Shown piece after piece: positions 22,783-35,030 of a stretch of 64,000 nucleotides of DNA. The notes under the pieces are model-generated. The model was not told the origin of the DNA, made no database searches, and worked only from the letters and a program-made list of their open reading frames with translations. Made by a program: the position numbers and the translations under genes. Within the stretch, counting starts at the first letter, position 1, and every line of letters starts with the position of its first letter. This DNA comes from Isurus oxyrinchus (Eukaryota), in NCBI GenBank assembly GCA_026770705.1, contig JANJGN010000007.1, positions 56,606,001 to 56,670,000 on the forward strand, written 5' to 3'.

Positions 22783-23489
22783 TATCCTCACCTTGCATCT
22801 TTAAACTTTTGACTCCTGTGTGGCTGATGGCAGCGCACATACATACCCTCTGTGCTCAGGTTCATGTCATGGAGACACAGTGGAGGCCTAATAGTCACTA
22901 GATTCCAGGAGGATGATGACGACATGCAGTGAGGACACTCCATAGCTCTTCACATAGCCTATGTGAATTTCTGACCCCTGTCTAGTTGAGGGCAGCTCGC
23001 TTGTGCTCAGTGATCAGGGTCAAAAAATGGAGATGCAGCGGTGAAATTTTAAATGCACCTGCTCCGTTGGCAGCCTTCAGCACCTGACCCCTTCAGGAGC
23101 ACAGCATCACTGGTCACGGATGCTGAAGAGATGGGGGCCAGCCCCACCTTAAAGGTGCTGAGAGCACACAGAGAGAATGATGGAACTCTGTGATACCGAC
23201 CCACAACATTCTGGCAGCAATGACCAGCACCATCGAGGTGCAGGCATCAGTAATGTGTCCAGTGAGTGTGAGGATGGACCATCACTTTGGTCTGAAGGTT
23301 ACACACTGCATAGGGAATAGGCTCTGGACTGAGACACCTGCCTTTATCTTGTGCATAAAGGTATCACATCTGAGTGACAGGAACACTGTTCATCAGAACA
23401 AAGAGCCATAGGCAAAGAGATGTTCTTGGGAGTTTATTTACAATAGTGAGCATTATGTACAAGTGATTAATAGCCATGCCCAGACTGTG

Positions 23490-25171
23490 CAACTACATTT
23501 TGTTAACCTTCCCAACCCTGCCACTACGTCTTGGTGCTCTCCTAACATCCAAAGGTGGAAGCAGCCTGCTGACTGCAGTCTATGATGACCTTGGCAGACA
23601 TCCTCCGGAGGTCCGAGACCTGGAGGGCCCCGGCCTGCTTTAGGTGTCCTTCTGTGGGCCAGCTTCACCTTCCACTGCTTGATGAGCTGAAGCTGCTAGG
23701 GTCACAGGAAGAGAGAATTTGGATGGGCCGGGCATTCCCGGAGTCAGCTGGGTGGATGGCCCCAGGGTGTTGAGCTGCTGGTCCTCCTTCCTATGGGTGC
23801 CCGACAGCCCCTGGCTGACACCTTGAGGGGAAGGGGAAGCAGGAATGAGATCGAGCTGTCCCGCATCCCTCTCACCTTGACACTGTTCGAGGCCAACTAT
23901 GGCATCAGTGATGGAACTCAGCCCAAGCAGCAGTGCAGGAGCGATGTCCTGGACCAAGGTCTCCATGATGGTGGTCATCCTACCAGTGTTGATCTCGGTG
24001 CATTGGCATGCCGGTGCTATCACCTTATACTGAAAGTGGACACATTCCGCCATCGTGCCTTGCAATCTGAGGAGAGCAGCAGGCCTCGCTTCCTGATGTT
24101 CCCGAGCTTGCCTTTGCAGCTCCAGCAACTGAGCTATGACCGAGTCCAGAAGCTTGACATCTGACTCGGACTCAGCAAAATTCTGGCCTCCAGTAGTTTT
24201 CCAAGTGCCGGGAACCTGTGAAGTCCCTGCCACCGCCTGCTGTGGACCAGACAGTGTGATGTGCTCACCAGATTGTAACCCCGAGGCTACTTTAGAACTA
24301 GGTCCCACCAAGGTGTGTGCCTCTGCACTGGCTAAGGGTGTGAGTGAGCGCTGTGATGAGTCTTCGTTCGTCAGGTTCCTCTTCTGAGGTGTCTTCGAGG
24401 CTTCAGTCAAGGACCTGGCTCATAGACCCCTCAGCTACTTCCCAGAAGTGTCTGTGAAAGCAAGGAGAGATAATTAGTGTATGGTAGGGGACTGTGGAAC
24501 AGGGGAACTCACTCACAGCATGGTTGTTTGATGGATGTTGCACTGCAGGATCCTGAATTGGTAGAGCACCGTCAACCTCACCATCAGCACAGGAATGGTC
24601 TAGATTGTCACGCACCAGCTGGATAGCTGTTTTCAAAGTCTGTGAGGACCTTGATGTTGGGCATTCTTCCACCAGTCTGCCATCTTTTGTTGCATGCCAG
24701 CTTGTCCTGCATGAAGTCAGATGAAGACAGTGTAAGCAGGTGCCTGCCAGGCCAGATGAGAAGGATGCCTGGCATGCATGGGTGGTGAATGGTGCCATGG
24801 ACAGGATGAGGACACAATCCACAGGGCAGATGAAAGTGTGTTGAGAGCATGAGTGGTGATGTCCCGTGAATGGGCAGTAAGTGAGATCCCTGTGGATGTG
24901 ATGGGTTTCTGAGTGTGTGAGGTGAGAGTGATTAGAAGACTGACTTACCCTGGTGGAATGGAGGAAATCATTCATTCTATTTCGGCAATGGATGGCTGTC
25001 CTCTTTTCCAAGGCATTGGTGCTGACCACCGCTGCCACCGCCTCCCACACTGAATTGGTGACCTTGCTTGCTTATCTTCACCCACAGCAATGATAGAGGA
25101 CTGCACCCAGCAGTCACCCGAGGGAGGCATTGCTAAATTTGGAGGCTAAATTTCCTCCATTTGGCAGCCAT
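23490..25171 (-). pseudogene. Harbinger Myb/SANT-like DNA-binding gene, intron-containing
   Basis: ATG at 25171; WEAVAAVVSTNALEKRTAIHCRNRMNDF with a GTAAG donor at ~24947; acceptors at ~24707 and ~24453; coiled-coil exon in ORF 23640..24410. Confidence 0.72.
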
Positions 25172-25889
25172 GACTTTCCAACAGCTTTTGATCCCCTAGG
25201 GAGTGTTAGCTCTGTGCAGGGCACTTTTTAAGTATGGCACCCAGGTTATTGAAGGCCTAATGTGATGGCAGGGTGGGAGAATCCGAGGAAGTCCCATCAG
25301 TGATCTGGCATGTTTCGCAAGAATGAATTATTAATTAGGCCAGGAGTGGGACGATACAGTGTGAAAACCCGCCATTGCGACTGGTGGGTAATGCAACTTC
25401 TTTCACGTCTGCTACTGCACTTTACTCAAATCTGGGACGATTCCACCTAGAGCATCCTGTCATTATCATATTGCTGTGCAGATTGGCAGCCACGTTTCCT
25501 ATGTTACCAGAATGACTACACTTAAAAAGTACATGATTGGCTGAAAAGCACTTAAGAATACCCTGAAGTTGTGAAAGAAGTTTAATAAATTCCAGTCTTC
25601 CTAATCTTAGAACTTGTTTCAGATTTGTTCATGTCATACTTAAATGCTCATAGCCCAAGTTAAGCAACCTCCTTGAATCCATGTTATACATTGTTCTCAG
25701 CATTTAAAGAACCCTGGGTACATCTTCCTCAATGTTTTTTTCTCGAATGAAAATGAGTTCAATTCTCTGAGTCCTACTTTCATAACTTAAAGCCTCAAGT
25801 CCCAGAATCATCTTTGCACTGTTCCCTGAATGATTTCAATGCATTGATGGCTTTTTGAATATAAATTGTCCAAAATTTGAAAATAGTTG

Positions 25890-26713
25890 AATGCTCACAG
25901 AGATCACAAGTGTCACCAAAGGTACCCAGGAGGTGAATTGGGCTCAGCACATAATAAGTCATCCAGACATAAGTGGACTGCAGCCAAGCAAAGAATAAAG
26001 GATTATTTGTTTACCAGCTGCCCCAGAAGGCAAAGTCACAAATGCATTCTGCTAGAAGATTCAAATGAGGACCTCAATGGGGCAGCATACAAGAGAGCAC
26101 TAATGGGGATGTACAACGAGGCACTGGGTCCATTGGTCAGCCTGCCCGACAGGTTCCTGTTGCTATCGAGGAGCATGAAGGAGACTGGCTCAAAGTTGAC
26201 ATAGCAGTTACCCTCTCTGAAGCCTCTGCTTGGTCATCCTGTCATCGTTCAGACCCACAGGCCCCTCCACTACTGCCCCCAACCTGTTGCAGCCTTTTCA
26301 TGGATAGGTCACCTTTTTCTCCATCCTCCTCTGCCCTTGCTCTGAGGATGCAGCGACACCCTGCGACAAATCCAAGAGCTCAGCACAAAAGACATCAAGA
26401 AACACTCCTGAGTATTTCCAGGCACTTTGCAACAGAAAAGATTGTCAAAAAAAATACCTTACTTCAGATTTGAATGCCTGGTCTTTTAAGTAACATTGGT
26501 GCTGGATGCAACTTACAGCTGGTTGTCTATATGGCAATAAAGTAGCACCAATTCAAAGCCTTTCACATGCGTGGGGCCTGTATGCACCCTGCTGCTCCTG
26601 CAATGCCATGCAGGCCACAGAAAGCAGCCAGCAGCACATCAGGTCCCCAGGAAGTGGTGGTAGGCTGGCATAATGCCATTTGAATTGACATTGTGCAACC
26701 AAATTTCTAACCC
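25890..26713 (-). mobile_element. Possible very degenerate Harbinger end and transposase N-terminus
   Basis: TIR-like GGGTTAGAAATTTGG at ~26713 and a GDTCDL-like relic near 25900. Confidence 0.3.
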
Positions 26714-27009
26714 ATTTGCTTTCCATTCACTCAAAGTACAACATGCCATACACAGTGACCACAACGACATAAATGTTTGGTGTTTATATGCCTTATGTGT
26801 CCATGGATGTAGTTGTAATATCATAATCAAACAACATTTATATTCCAAACTTAAAAATGCTTAAAACAATTTTAAAACATCAAGCAATAATTCTGAAGGA
26901 TAGTATTACTTTAAATGAATGTTGGGTCTCAATGGAGGTGCCATTCCTGACAGGAAACAAAATGTTACTCTTGCAAAAAACAGTACAAAGACATCTTAGT
27001 TAATTGCAT

Positions 27010-27748
27010 GCTACAAGTGTCAGGCAATGACCATCTCCAACAAGAGAGAATCTAACCCCTTGACATTCAATGGGATTACTATCACTGAATCCCTCACTAT
27101 CAACATCCCAGTGATTACTATTAGCCAGAAACTGAATTGGACTAGCCATGTAAATACTGTGACTACAAGAACAGATCAAAGGCTAGGAATACTGCAGCGA
27201 GTAACTCACCCCCTGATTCCCCAAACTATCCACCATCTACAAGGCACAAGTCAGGAGTACGATGGGATAATCTCCATTTGCCTGGATGAGTGCAGCTCCA
27301 AAAACACTCGAGAAGCTCAACACCATCCAGGACAAAGCAGCTCACTTGATTGGCAACACATCCAAAAACATTCACTCCCTCCACCACCGACGAACGGTGG
27401 CAGCAGTGTGTACCATCTACAAGATGCACTGCAGAATCTCACTAAGACTCCTTAGACAGCACCTTCTAAACACACGGCTGCTACCATCTACCAAGGGCAG
27501 CAGATGCATGGGAACACCACCACCTGGAGGTTCCCCTCCAAGTCACTCTGACTTGGAAATATATCACCATTCCTTCAATGTCACTGGGTCAAAATCCTCC
27601 TTAACAGCATTGTGGATGTACCTACACCACATGGACTTCATCGGTTCAAGAAGGCAGCTCGCCACCCCCTCTTCAAGGGCAATTAAGGATGGGCAATAAA
27701 TGCTGGCCTAGCCAGCGAAGCCCATGTTCCATGAATGAATAAGAAAAA
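27010..27748 (+). mobile_element. 3' fragment of the same CR1/L2-group LINE family as 16605-19690
   Basis: QKLNWTSHVN, LNTIQDKAAHLIG, HSLHHRRTVAAVCTIYKMHC and the shared 3' tail. Confidence 0.85.
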
Positions 27749-28038
27749 CTAAAGGTTAAATTTTTGTGGCCCTTTGTGTTGTACATGGAAGTGCTCATGG
27801 TTTCCCAAACGCAAGAAGCAAAATCAAATCATCACGAAAACATTGAAATATTACTGGTCATAATCTGCAGACTCCCCTCAATATATTTGCACAAAGATAG
27901 CATGGATTGCCAAACAGATAAACAATAAGTCGAAATATTTCATGGCTTTGTAGTGTCGAATAGGCTTCTGGAAGTATCACGTGATATAAACATTAAAGGC
28001 CTTGGTGATAACTGTAGGTCATTGGCTGCACTGCATAC

Positions 28039-28182
28039 CTGAATCCCTGCTGTGCCTGAAGATGTTTGTGCACTCCTCCTCTATAATGGCACCTTCAATA
28101 AACCGTGCATTGTACCAGTTGTAATCTATGCAGCTTCTACAGTTCCTGAGTTCCTTGGCTTTCTTTGCACTTCCTGTGCAAC
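28039..28182 (-). CDS. Internal coding exon (phase 1-1) of an unidentified host gene: GCTGSAKKAKELRNCRSCIDYNWYNARFIEGAIIEEECTNIFRHSRDS
   Basis: cattggcag acceptor, CAG|gtatgc donor, 144 nt stop-free, non-repeat context. Confidence 0.6.
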
Positions 28183-29779
28183 CTGCCAATGCTTGTTATA
28201 TCCATGTCCTTGGGGGGAAAATAACTCCTCTGTATTATTACTTCCATCACTGCTGTGATGATACTTCACAACACCCTTTCATTAAGCTCATTAACAGCAG
28301 GTCTGATCTGGAGTAAAATGTGCAACTTTTTGCTCCTGATCCACAGCTTCAAATTTCCACACAACTGTTTTTATGACTGGCTGTTAACAAGGCTTTTAAA
28401 AGTAAAAATTGTTTGTTTTTCCTTGCAGCTGCCTGAGTTTTCTCTAAATGCTTACTTTCTGCTGGTTGTATTCTAATTCCAGATGAGGCTATCCACTCAG
28501 GATATTCTCAAAACCAATGCCAAATCTCAACTGACAGTATTTAAGCTGCAGCAGAACTGAGATTCCAGTATCACGACACAGTTACGATTATTTCATTATT
28601 GCTCAATTTGCTTCAGAAGGGCAAATTTAGGACAGATCTCAGAAAATATTTCTTTACACAGGTGATCCACAGGTTGTCAGGAAGTGTGAGTCAAGGGCAC
28701 TGGAATCGGTGAAGACATAATGAAAAGAATGTAGATCTGCTGTTCTGGAAAGATGACACCAAATGGGCTTAAAGGCATATCTTGTGATCTGTTTGTCATT
28801 TCAATAGATCACTGGCAGACTTTTACTACCTCCAAGGCTTTTAGGGCCTTTGTTCCATGGATATGCAGGTGCCATAAATCCTTAAGATCAGGAATCTATT
28901 AGTTCTTGCTGATAATTTTTTTAATGATTTCTGTATACATCTTATAATGATTAACATTTGCATCTCACTACAGACTGATGCATTCCCTCACTTATGTTGA
29001 AAACTTCTAGGACATTGATTGATCATTCAGGGTTATTTTGCCTTTTTCAGTAGAATTTAGCACTAGCGCTAGTTGTTGTTTGTCTGGTTTAAGGAGAAAT
29101 TTAAGCCAGGCTGCTGGGAATGCCAATTCACCCTGTTATACGTTGATCTGTTCTCTTCTAAGCACTCTGGCAGTAGTTTCCTATCAGTTGTGCAGGCGAG
29201 GGAAGGAATTGCCAATGTGGGTTAAGGCTGCTTTTTAATCTCCCAGAGGGGAATGCCACATGCCCCTTGATGAAAATCAGGCCCATGTTTTTAAAATGTT
29301 TTGATATCTGCCCTGGGTTTACAGCTCTCATAAATGTTTGACCTCTGTGGCACACAAGCATTAGTACTTATTCATTCAGCAGAAATGTACCGATATTTAC
29401 AACAGAATGACAGTCATGAACTATACAAAGCGAGAAGATTTGAAAGGGAACCTTTTGAAAACTAAATTAATCTTGAGCTTTAAAGCTACAATCATTGACA
29501 TTATTAAACTAGCACTGATCAAAAACAAAGCTTGTGTTTAAGCTATTTAGTCCTGCACATGTCCTGTATTCCACATCAAAAAAGAAATGAATGCAGTTGG
29601 ATATCTCTGATATCATGTGATGATGCTGTGATTGTCAAACTAGTCTGTGAGCAATACAGAATTAAAAAATGATCTACTTAGTTTAATTCAGTAAATTCTC
29701 AATTGTGATATTTTGGAAACAACATAGCCATACACAACAATTCTTAATGTAGGTGATTATTTTTGATTAAGAAAGAAAT

Positions 29780-30335
29780 GAAAAGACTTGTAATTATGCT
29801 TTTTACTACCACCGGATGTCTCAAAGCGCTTTACAACCAATGAAGTACATTTTGAAATGTAGTCATCGTTGTGATGTAAGGAACATAGCAACCAATATGT
29901 GTTCAACAAACTCCCACAAACAGCCATGTGATAATGACAAGATAATCTGTTTTTGTAATGTTGGGTCAAAATCCTGAAACTGCCTTCCTAACAGCACTGT
30001 GGGTGTACCTACACCACATGGACTGCAGCAGTTCAAGAAGGCAGCACACCACCACCTTTTCAAGGGCAACTAGGGATGGGCAATAAATGCTGGCCCAGCC
30101 AGCGAAGCCAACATCCCGTGAATAAATTTTTAAAAATTGAGGGGAAAGGCTGGGAAAGCGGGATAATTCCCTTTCTCTTCTTCGAACTAGTGCCATGGGA
30201 TCTTTGACATCCACTTGTAAAAGACAGATGGGGCCTCGGTTAATGTTGCTTCTAAAAGATGACACCACCAACAGTGCAGGGCTCCCTCAGTATTGCACTG
30301 CAGTGTAGGCCTTTATTTGTACTCATGCCCTGGAT
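29780..30335 (-). mobile_element. Deu-domain SINE interrupted by a LINE 3' fragment (+, ~29962-30135)
   Basis: aaagcgctttacaaccaatgaagtac tail and gtgccatgggatctttgacatccac core flank the LINE tail. Confidence 0.75.
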
Positions 30336-31064
30336 GACTGTATTCAGCATATAGATATATAATTTTAAATTAAATTGCATTTAAATCTTTTAATGATAGA
30401 TCCATAAACACTTTCACTACCTTTTTAAGCCTCCACAAATGGATAGATTTTCAATTCTTACTGAATGCAAATAGTTTTCTGTGCTGGTGGGGCTATGTGG
30501 TGACTTTTCAGAGGTGTGACCCAAATACCCTGTTAAACTAGGCCCAACTTTTCCTAAAATAATAACAGACATTTCTGCCCTGACAAACAGCTTCTGTTCA
30601 ACAGTCAGTTTTTAGCCCCAGCTGGAAGGTAGAAATGAAAATAAACATATTTATGCACACCAAGCGAAGCTTACAAGGTTTGTGGCCTTTTTTAAACAAA
30701 TTTTAGGGGGAAAAAACATATAATCATACCCATGTAGTAGATAATCTGGGGTGAAAATTAGTATGCTCTGCACCTATTTTATGTGCACAAATCAGACACA
30801 AACCACAGCAATTTATCAGTGGGACAGCATGCCCAACTGACTTAGGTATTGGACCTGCCAATAAATTCACAGTGCCTGTATTTTAGATGACTCAGGCAGC
30901 TGCCTAAAGCAGGGTTAGGGCCCTTAAATATGATCATGAGGGGCCTAGCGTCTGTTGAAGGAGCCTTTTCTTGGGTTACTTCCTTTAGCTCTTCTGGACC
31001 TGGATTCAGCCAAAAGTGGCCGCCACCAAATAGGTGAGTAAAAAAAACTTGTCGTGAAGTCATG

Positions 31065-31200
31065 GGACGGGATTTCCTGGTCCCACCACCACAGGACCAG
31101 AAATTCTCACCCGAAGTCAACAGGCCTTTTGTTGGATGGTCAAATTTTTGGTCCTGCCCGCTATGAGTCCTACGCTGGGCGGAACTGGAAAATCCTGCCC
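31065..31200. mobile_element. Small Harbinger MITE
   Basis: Imperfect TIR GGACGGGATTTCC / GGAAAATCCTGCCC, 3-bp TSD ATG; related to 51832-51949 and 53146-53272. Confidence 0.7.
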
Positions 31201-32117
31201 ATGGAGTCATTTATGATATGGAAGGGTGCTATTCAGTCCATTGAGTCCATGTGGCTCTCTGTCGGGCAATCCAATAAGCCCTATATAATACCCCCACTCT
31301 AGTAGCCTTGCAAGTGTATTTCCTTCAAGTGCCCACCCAATTCCCTTTTGCATTCATTCCACCAGCCTCACAGGCAGAATGTTCCAGACCAATACCATTT
31401 GCTGTGCAAAATAAGCTCTTCCTCATATTTACCCTCTCGCCCCAAACCTATAAATCCATGTTCCCTGTCTTTAGCTCCTTTAATGTGGATCCAGGAAGAG
31501 AAGAAATGCTCAACCATATTTTTGGCATTCACAATTGAACACTATCCCACTGTCCACAATCACCTACCTCCGCTCAAATCTCCCAGGAATAACCTGACAG
31601 ACATTGCTTCACCAGTAGAAGGGCCACCAGCCTGTGGAGATGCAAGAAGTGCTGGACACTCACCTGGAATATTTAGATGGAGCCTGAAGCCCAATTTTAT
31701 GCCTGCCTCAGGCCTCTCTTTTCAAGCATGTCCTGCTCCTGAAAACAGGCCTAGATTAATTTCTACTCTTTAGCTTTGTCAAAACAATTTTAACTTTTTT
31801 AAATGTCAGTACATGCTTGGTTTCACAATTATGCCTCCTCGTTACAGAAAAATCACTTTTTCTGTAATAACAGGGAGAGATCAGCTTTCAGTCTTTATTC
31901 AATTTATTGGTGTGTGCAGTACACGACCCTCCAAAAAGATTGAAAATAATTAAACCGCCCTATTTTGTGATTTGATCCTTAACACCTGCAACTCAAGAAT
32001 ATTGGAAATTTCCGGGAAACCTATCTTCAATCACTACCGGCAGGTACAAAACTAAATGATTAGGTAGTAGCATCACTCCCAGCTATCATTTATGGGGAAA
32101 TTACATCCCATTTTCAC

Positions 32118-32300
32118 CATATATTTGCTGAAAGTGTTTTTCCTGTCTTTCCCATTCATTAAAAACTCTCTTGCTCAAATGCAGTTCACGCTTCCATTCG
32201 TGTACACAAGTTAAGGTAGCATCAAAAGCATCTGAACTACTTGCGATGGCAGAGGTTGAACAATAAATACCTAGTGCATTTGTGCAAAGATGGCCATTCT
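32118..32300 (-). CDS. Internal coding exon of the unidentified host gene: NGHLCTNALGIYCSTSAIASSSDAFDATLTCVHEWKRELHLSKRVFNEWERQEKHFQQIY
   Basis: Acceptor ttttaaatattctacag; donor ATG|gtgaaa (alternative GAT|gtaatt ending at 32105); stop-free; phase 1 joins the 28182 exon. Confidence 0.6.
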
Positions 32301-32998
32301 CTGTAGAATATTTAAAATAAAAACAGAACCCCCAATCATGAAACACAAATAAAGTTTGATTACATATGAAAATGTAATCACCTTAACTTTCCATCCTGAT
32401 TGAAGCTGTCAGCCATCTTGATTACAGCAGTAGTTTAGTTTAAGTTTTAATGTTGGGATGTGGCCTACAACCATCTTTTCTACAGCTTTGTTGGTTTTGT
32501 CATTTCACTAGTGGAAATGACATGAAAAAAGGCAACAGAATTTCAGGTTTTGTGCAGAAATAGTCACAATTTTTTTACTCAGCTCCCTCATTTGTCATTT
32601 TAGGACGTGTACAGCACTGTTAAAATAAATGGTATGTATTACTGCAGTGATCTAAAGCTAAAGGTGCAGGATATTTTAACATCAATTTAATGCACATTAT
32701 TAACCAAGGCTCAAGCACACTAGAATCATTAAGTGCAACATCCTCTGGTATTTAGAACAGCAATAATAGCCAAATTTGTCTATTCTGTATGTGAGCACTA
32801 AAACTAGAGATGGCAACAGAACCATTTCTTTAAATTGAAGACTATTTAAAACTGTCAGTGAATTGTAAAGTGTTCCTTAATTTCAATGGACAAAAACTGT
32901 GGCATAACTTCTTTTTCATTTCCTTTTGTTTTATGTCCACACAAGTCCAAAGAAGGCTGTGCTGAAGTGAGTAGCTCAGACATCTCTAGATATATTAA

Positions 32999-33018
32999 GT
33001 GCCACAAGGGGGCAGTAG
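32999..33018 (+). promoter_or_regulatory. Candidate CTCF motif
   Basis: GTGCCACAAGGGGGCAGTAG resembles the CCACnAGGGGGC core; unique sequence. Confidence 0.35.
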
Positions 33019-34559
33019 AAGATTTTGTAGCCTCTGAGCCCAGGGCATTGGACTGCGTGTTGTAAAAAACATTTAAGTTTCATATTTGCATATTTTTTTA
33101 ATCATAACAAGTTTTGTTTGCACATTTACATTTTTTCATGCAAAGTCCCAAGTTAACTGAAATTAGTGATAAGAAAGTTCCACAAGTGTGCATCAAGTGA
33201 CTTTTTATTCTGATTCTGCTTACCTCACAATTGTTGTGGATGTAGTTACAATATATTTATGGCAACTTTGAGCTTTTACTAGAGACTGATGTTATTTTTT
33301 CCACTGTAGTGGAACGTTCCTTAGTACCTATAAATTTTGCAATAGATAGATTTTGTTTAAAAAAAAACTTTTAACATGTCGCATAACCTGCCTAGAATTT
33401 TAGAAGCATGATTAGTTGTTCCATTTTAGGAAAAGCTGGTTGGTTCTCGATGAGTGAAATGGAACATTAGCTATTTATAGCATGGAACTTGCAATTGATT
33501 GTGTGGTCAGTCTCATTAGTTCAGGACATGCCAGCTAATTCAAGAGTGTTATCATAAAGTTCTTTCACTTTACTCACAAGAGCTGTTAAGAACATTTATT
33601 AAAGATTTTGGCTAGTTACTTTTCAAATTGGTCCAAGAATGGGGGTATGGACTTTGGAGAGACTAGGACATCGGAGGCCTGCCTATGAGAGAATTCAAAT
33701 GCAATGCAGAAGCATTGCCAAGGGCCGTTTACAGCATTTTAGCAAATTGCACAACAGCAATGGGCAATAAACCTCAACAGTGAGGAGACCAAAGCCATTG
33801 ATATAGCTCTGCTCCCTCACCCCCAACCTTCACAACCTCTCCAAAATCTAGCCAACTCTTCCCTGACCCTAACTAAAGATGGTCTTGTGAGAAATGGCAC
33901 ACCAAGGCAAAGAACTTACATATGAACGCCTTGTGAAACTAGGGCAGTACTTCATCATGTTAAGAGAGATCACAGAGAATGATGAAAGTTGCAGGGGAGT
34001 AGCTTTAGTTCCAGCACCTCCAACCACACTGAAAGGAGCAGTGTGAGTTGCAGTTACTGTGGCTCCTAAACCTCACCCCCCACTCCCGTTTGTCTCTCGG
34101 ATTTGTTTTTCTTATTTTAAAATAAATTATCTTAGGTGTGAGGTCTTAGCTATTCTTTTACAATTATGGCTGAATGGACTGACTAAACTGTTGCTGGTCA
34201 TTTCCCTCCAGGGCACAGTGGATAAGAGTTTCTAATGATGAATTTTAAGCTAAAAATTGTTTTCACTCTTGGCGTCACTTGTGGAATTGTTGGCCATTTC
34301 TAAAATGGTAAAATGAGTAAGGAACATTTAAGATGCATGTGAACTCTAGCTGTAGCCTAGCAGAAACAGCAGCTGATAATGTTGTAATAACTTTTAAGTT
34401 GGTGAGTCAGCTTCAGATGTACAATTTATAAAGACAGAGCCAAGAGATCATAAAAGAGTGAGCAGAAGCAATTGGATGTGACAACAACAAATATTATGAT
34501 GGGCCAGGGCTTGTCTAGATAGACATTCTTAAAAAGTGTCATATATCAAGAAATCATAA

Positions 34560-35030
34560 AAGAACCTATCTACCTTTTATGACCTCAGGACATACCAAAG
34601 CGTTTCACAATCAATGGTGTGTAGTCACCATTGAATGTCGACATGGCAATCAATATATGCACAGCAAGGTTCCCAACAGCAATGAGAATGAGTAACCAGT
34701 GATGTTGTTTCAGCAATAAACATTAGCCAGGATGCCAGTAGAACCTCCCAGCTCTTCTAGTTGAGCTATGGGATCTTTTAAGTATTAAAGAGCACACAGA
34801 GCCTCAAAGGATAACAATTCTGAGCAAGTAGCACTACTTCAGTACTGCACTGAAATATCATCCTGGATTATGTGCTTAGATTTCTGTTTTAGAAATGTTT
34901 GTCAATGGAAAATGGTTAGCCACAACATCAGGAGAACACTCCTGTTCCTCTCCAACAAAGCAATGAGATTTTTTACGTCCATCTGAAAGGTCAGACAAGC
35001 CCTCAGCTTAACATCTTATCATTAACAGTG
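34560..35030 (-). mobile_element. Two degenerate Deu-domain SINE fragments
   Basis: caaagcgtttcacaatcaatg tail, tgggatcttttta and ttttacgtccatctga cores. Confidence 0.6.

Larger units (their letters stand above)
16345..25448. mobile_element. Complete, decayed two-gene PIF/Harbinger DNA transposon with nested LINE and solo LTR
   Basis: TIR GGGTGGAATCGTCC / GGACGATTCCACCT, 3-bp TSD AGA, HARBI1-like transposase (+) converging on a Myb/SANT gene (-). Confidence 0.88.

Noticed and set aside
32604-32631. Plus-strand micro-exon (ttttag|GACGTG...AAATG|gtatgt)
   Set aside because: Good splice sites but no partner plus-strand exons could be linked.
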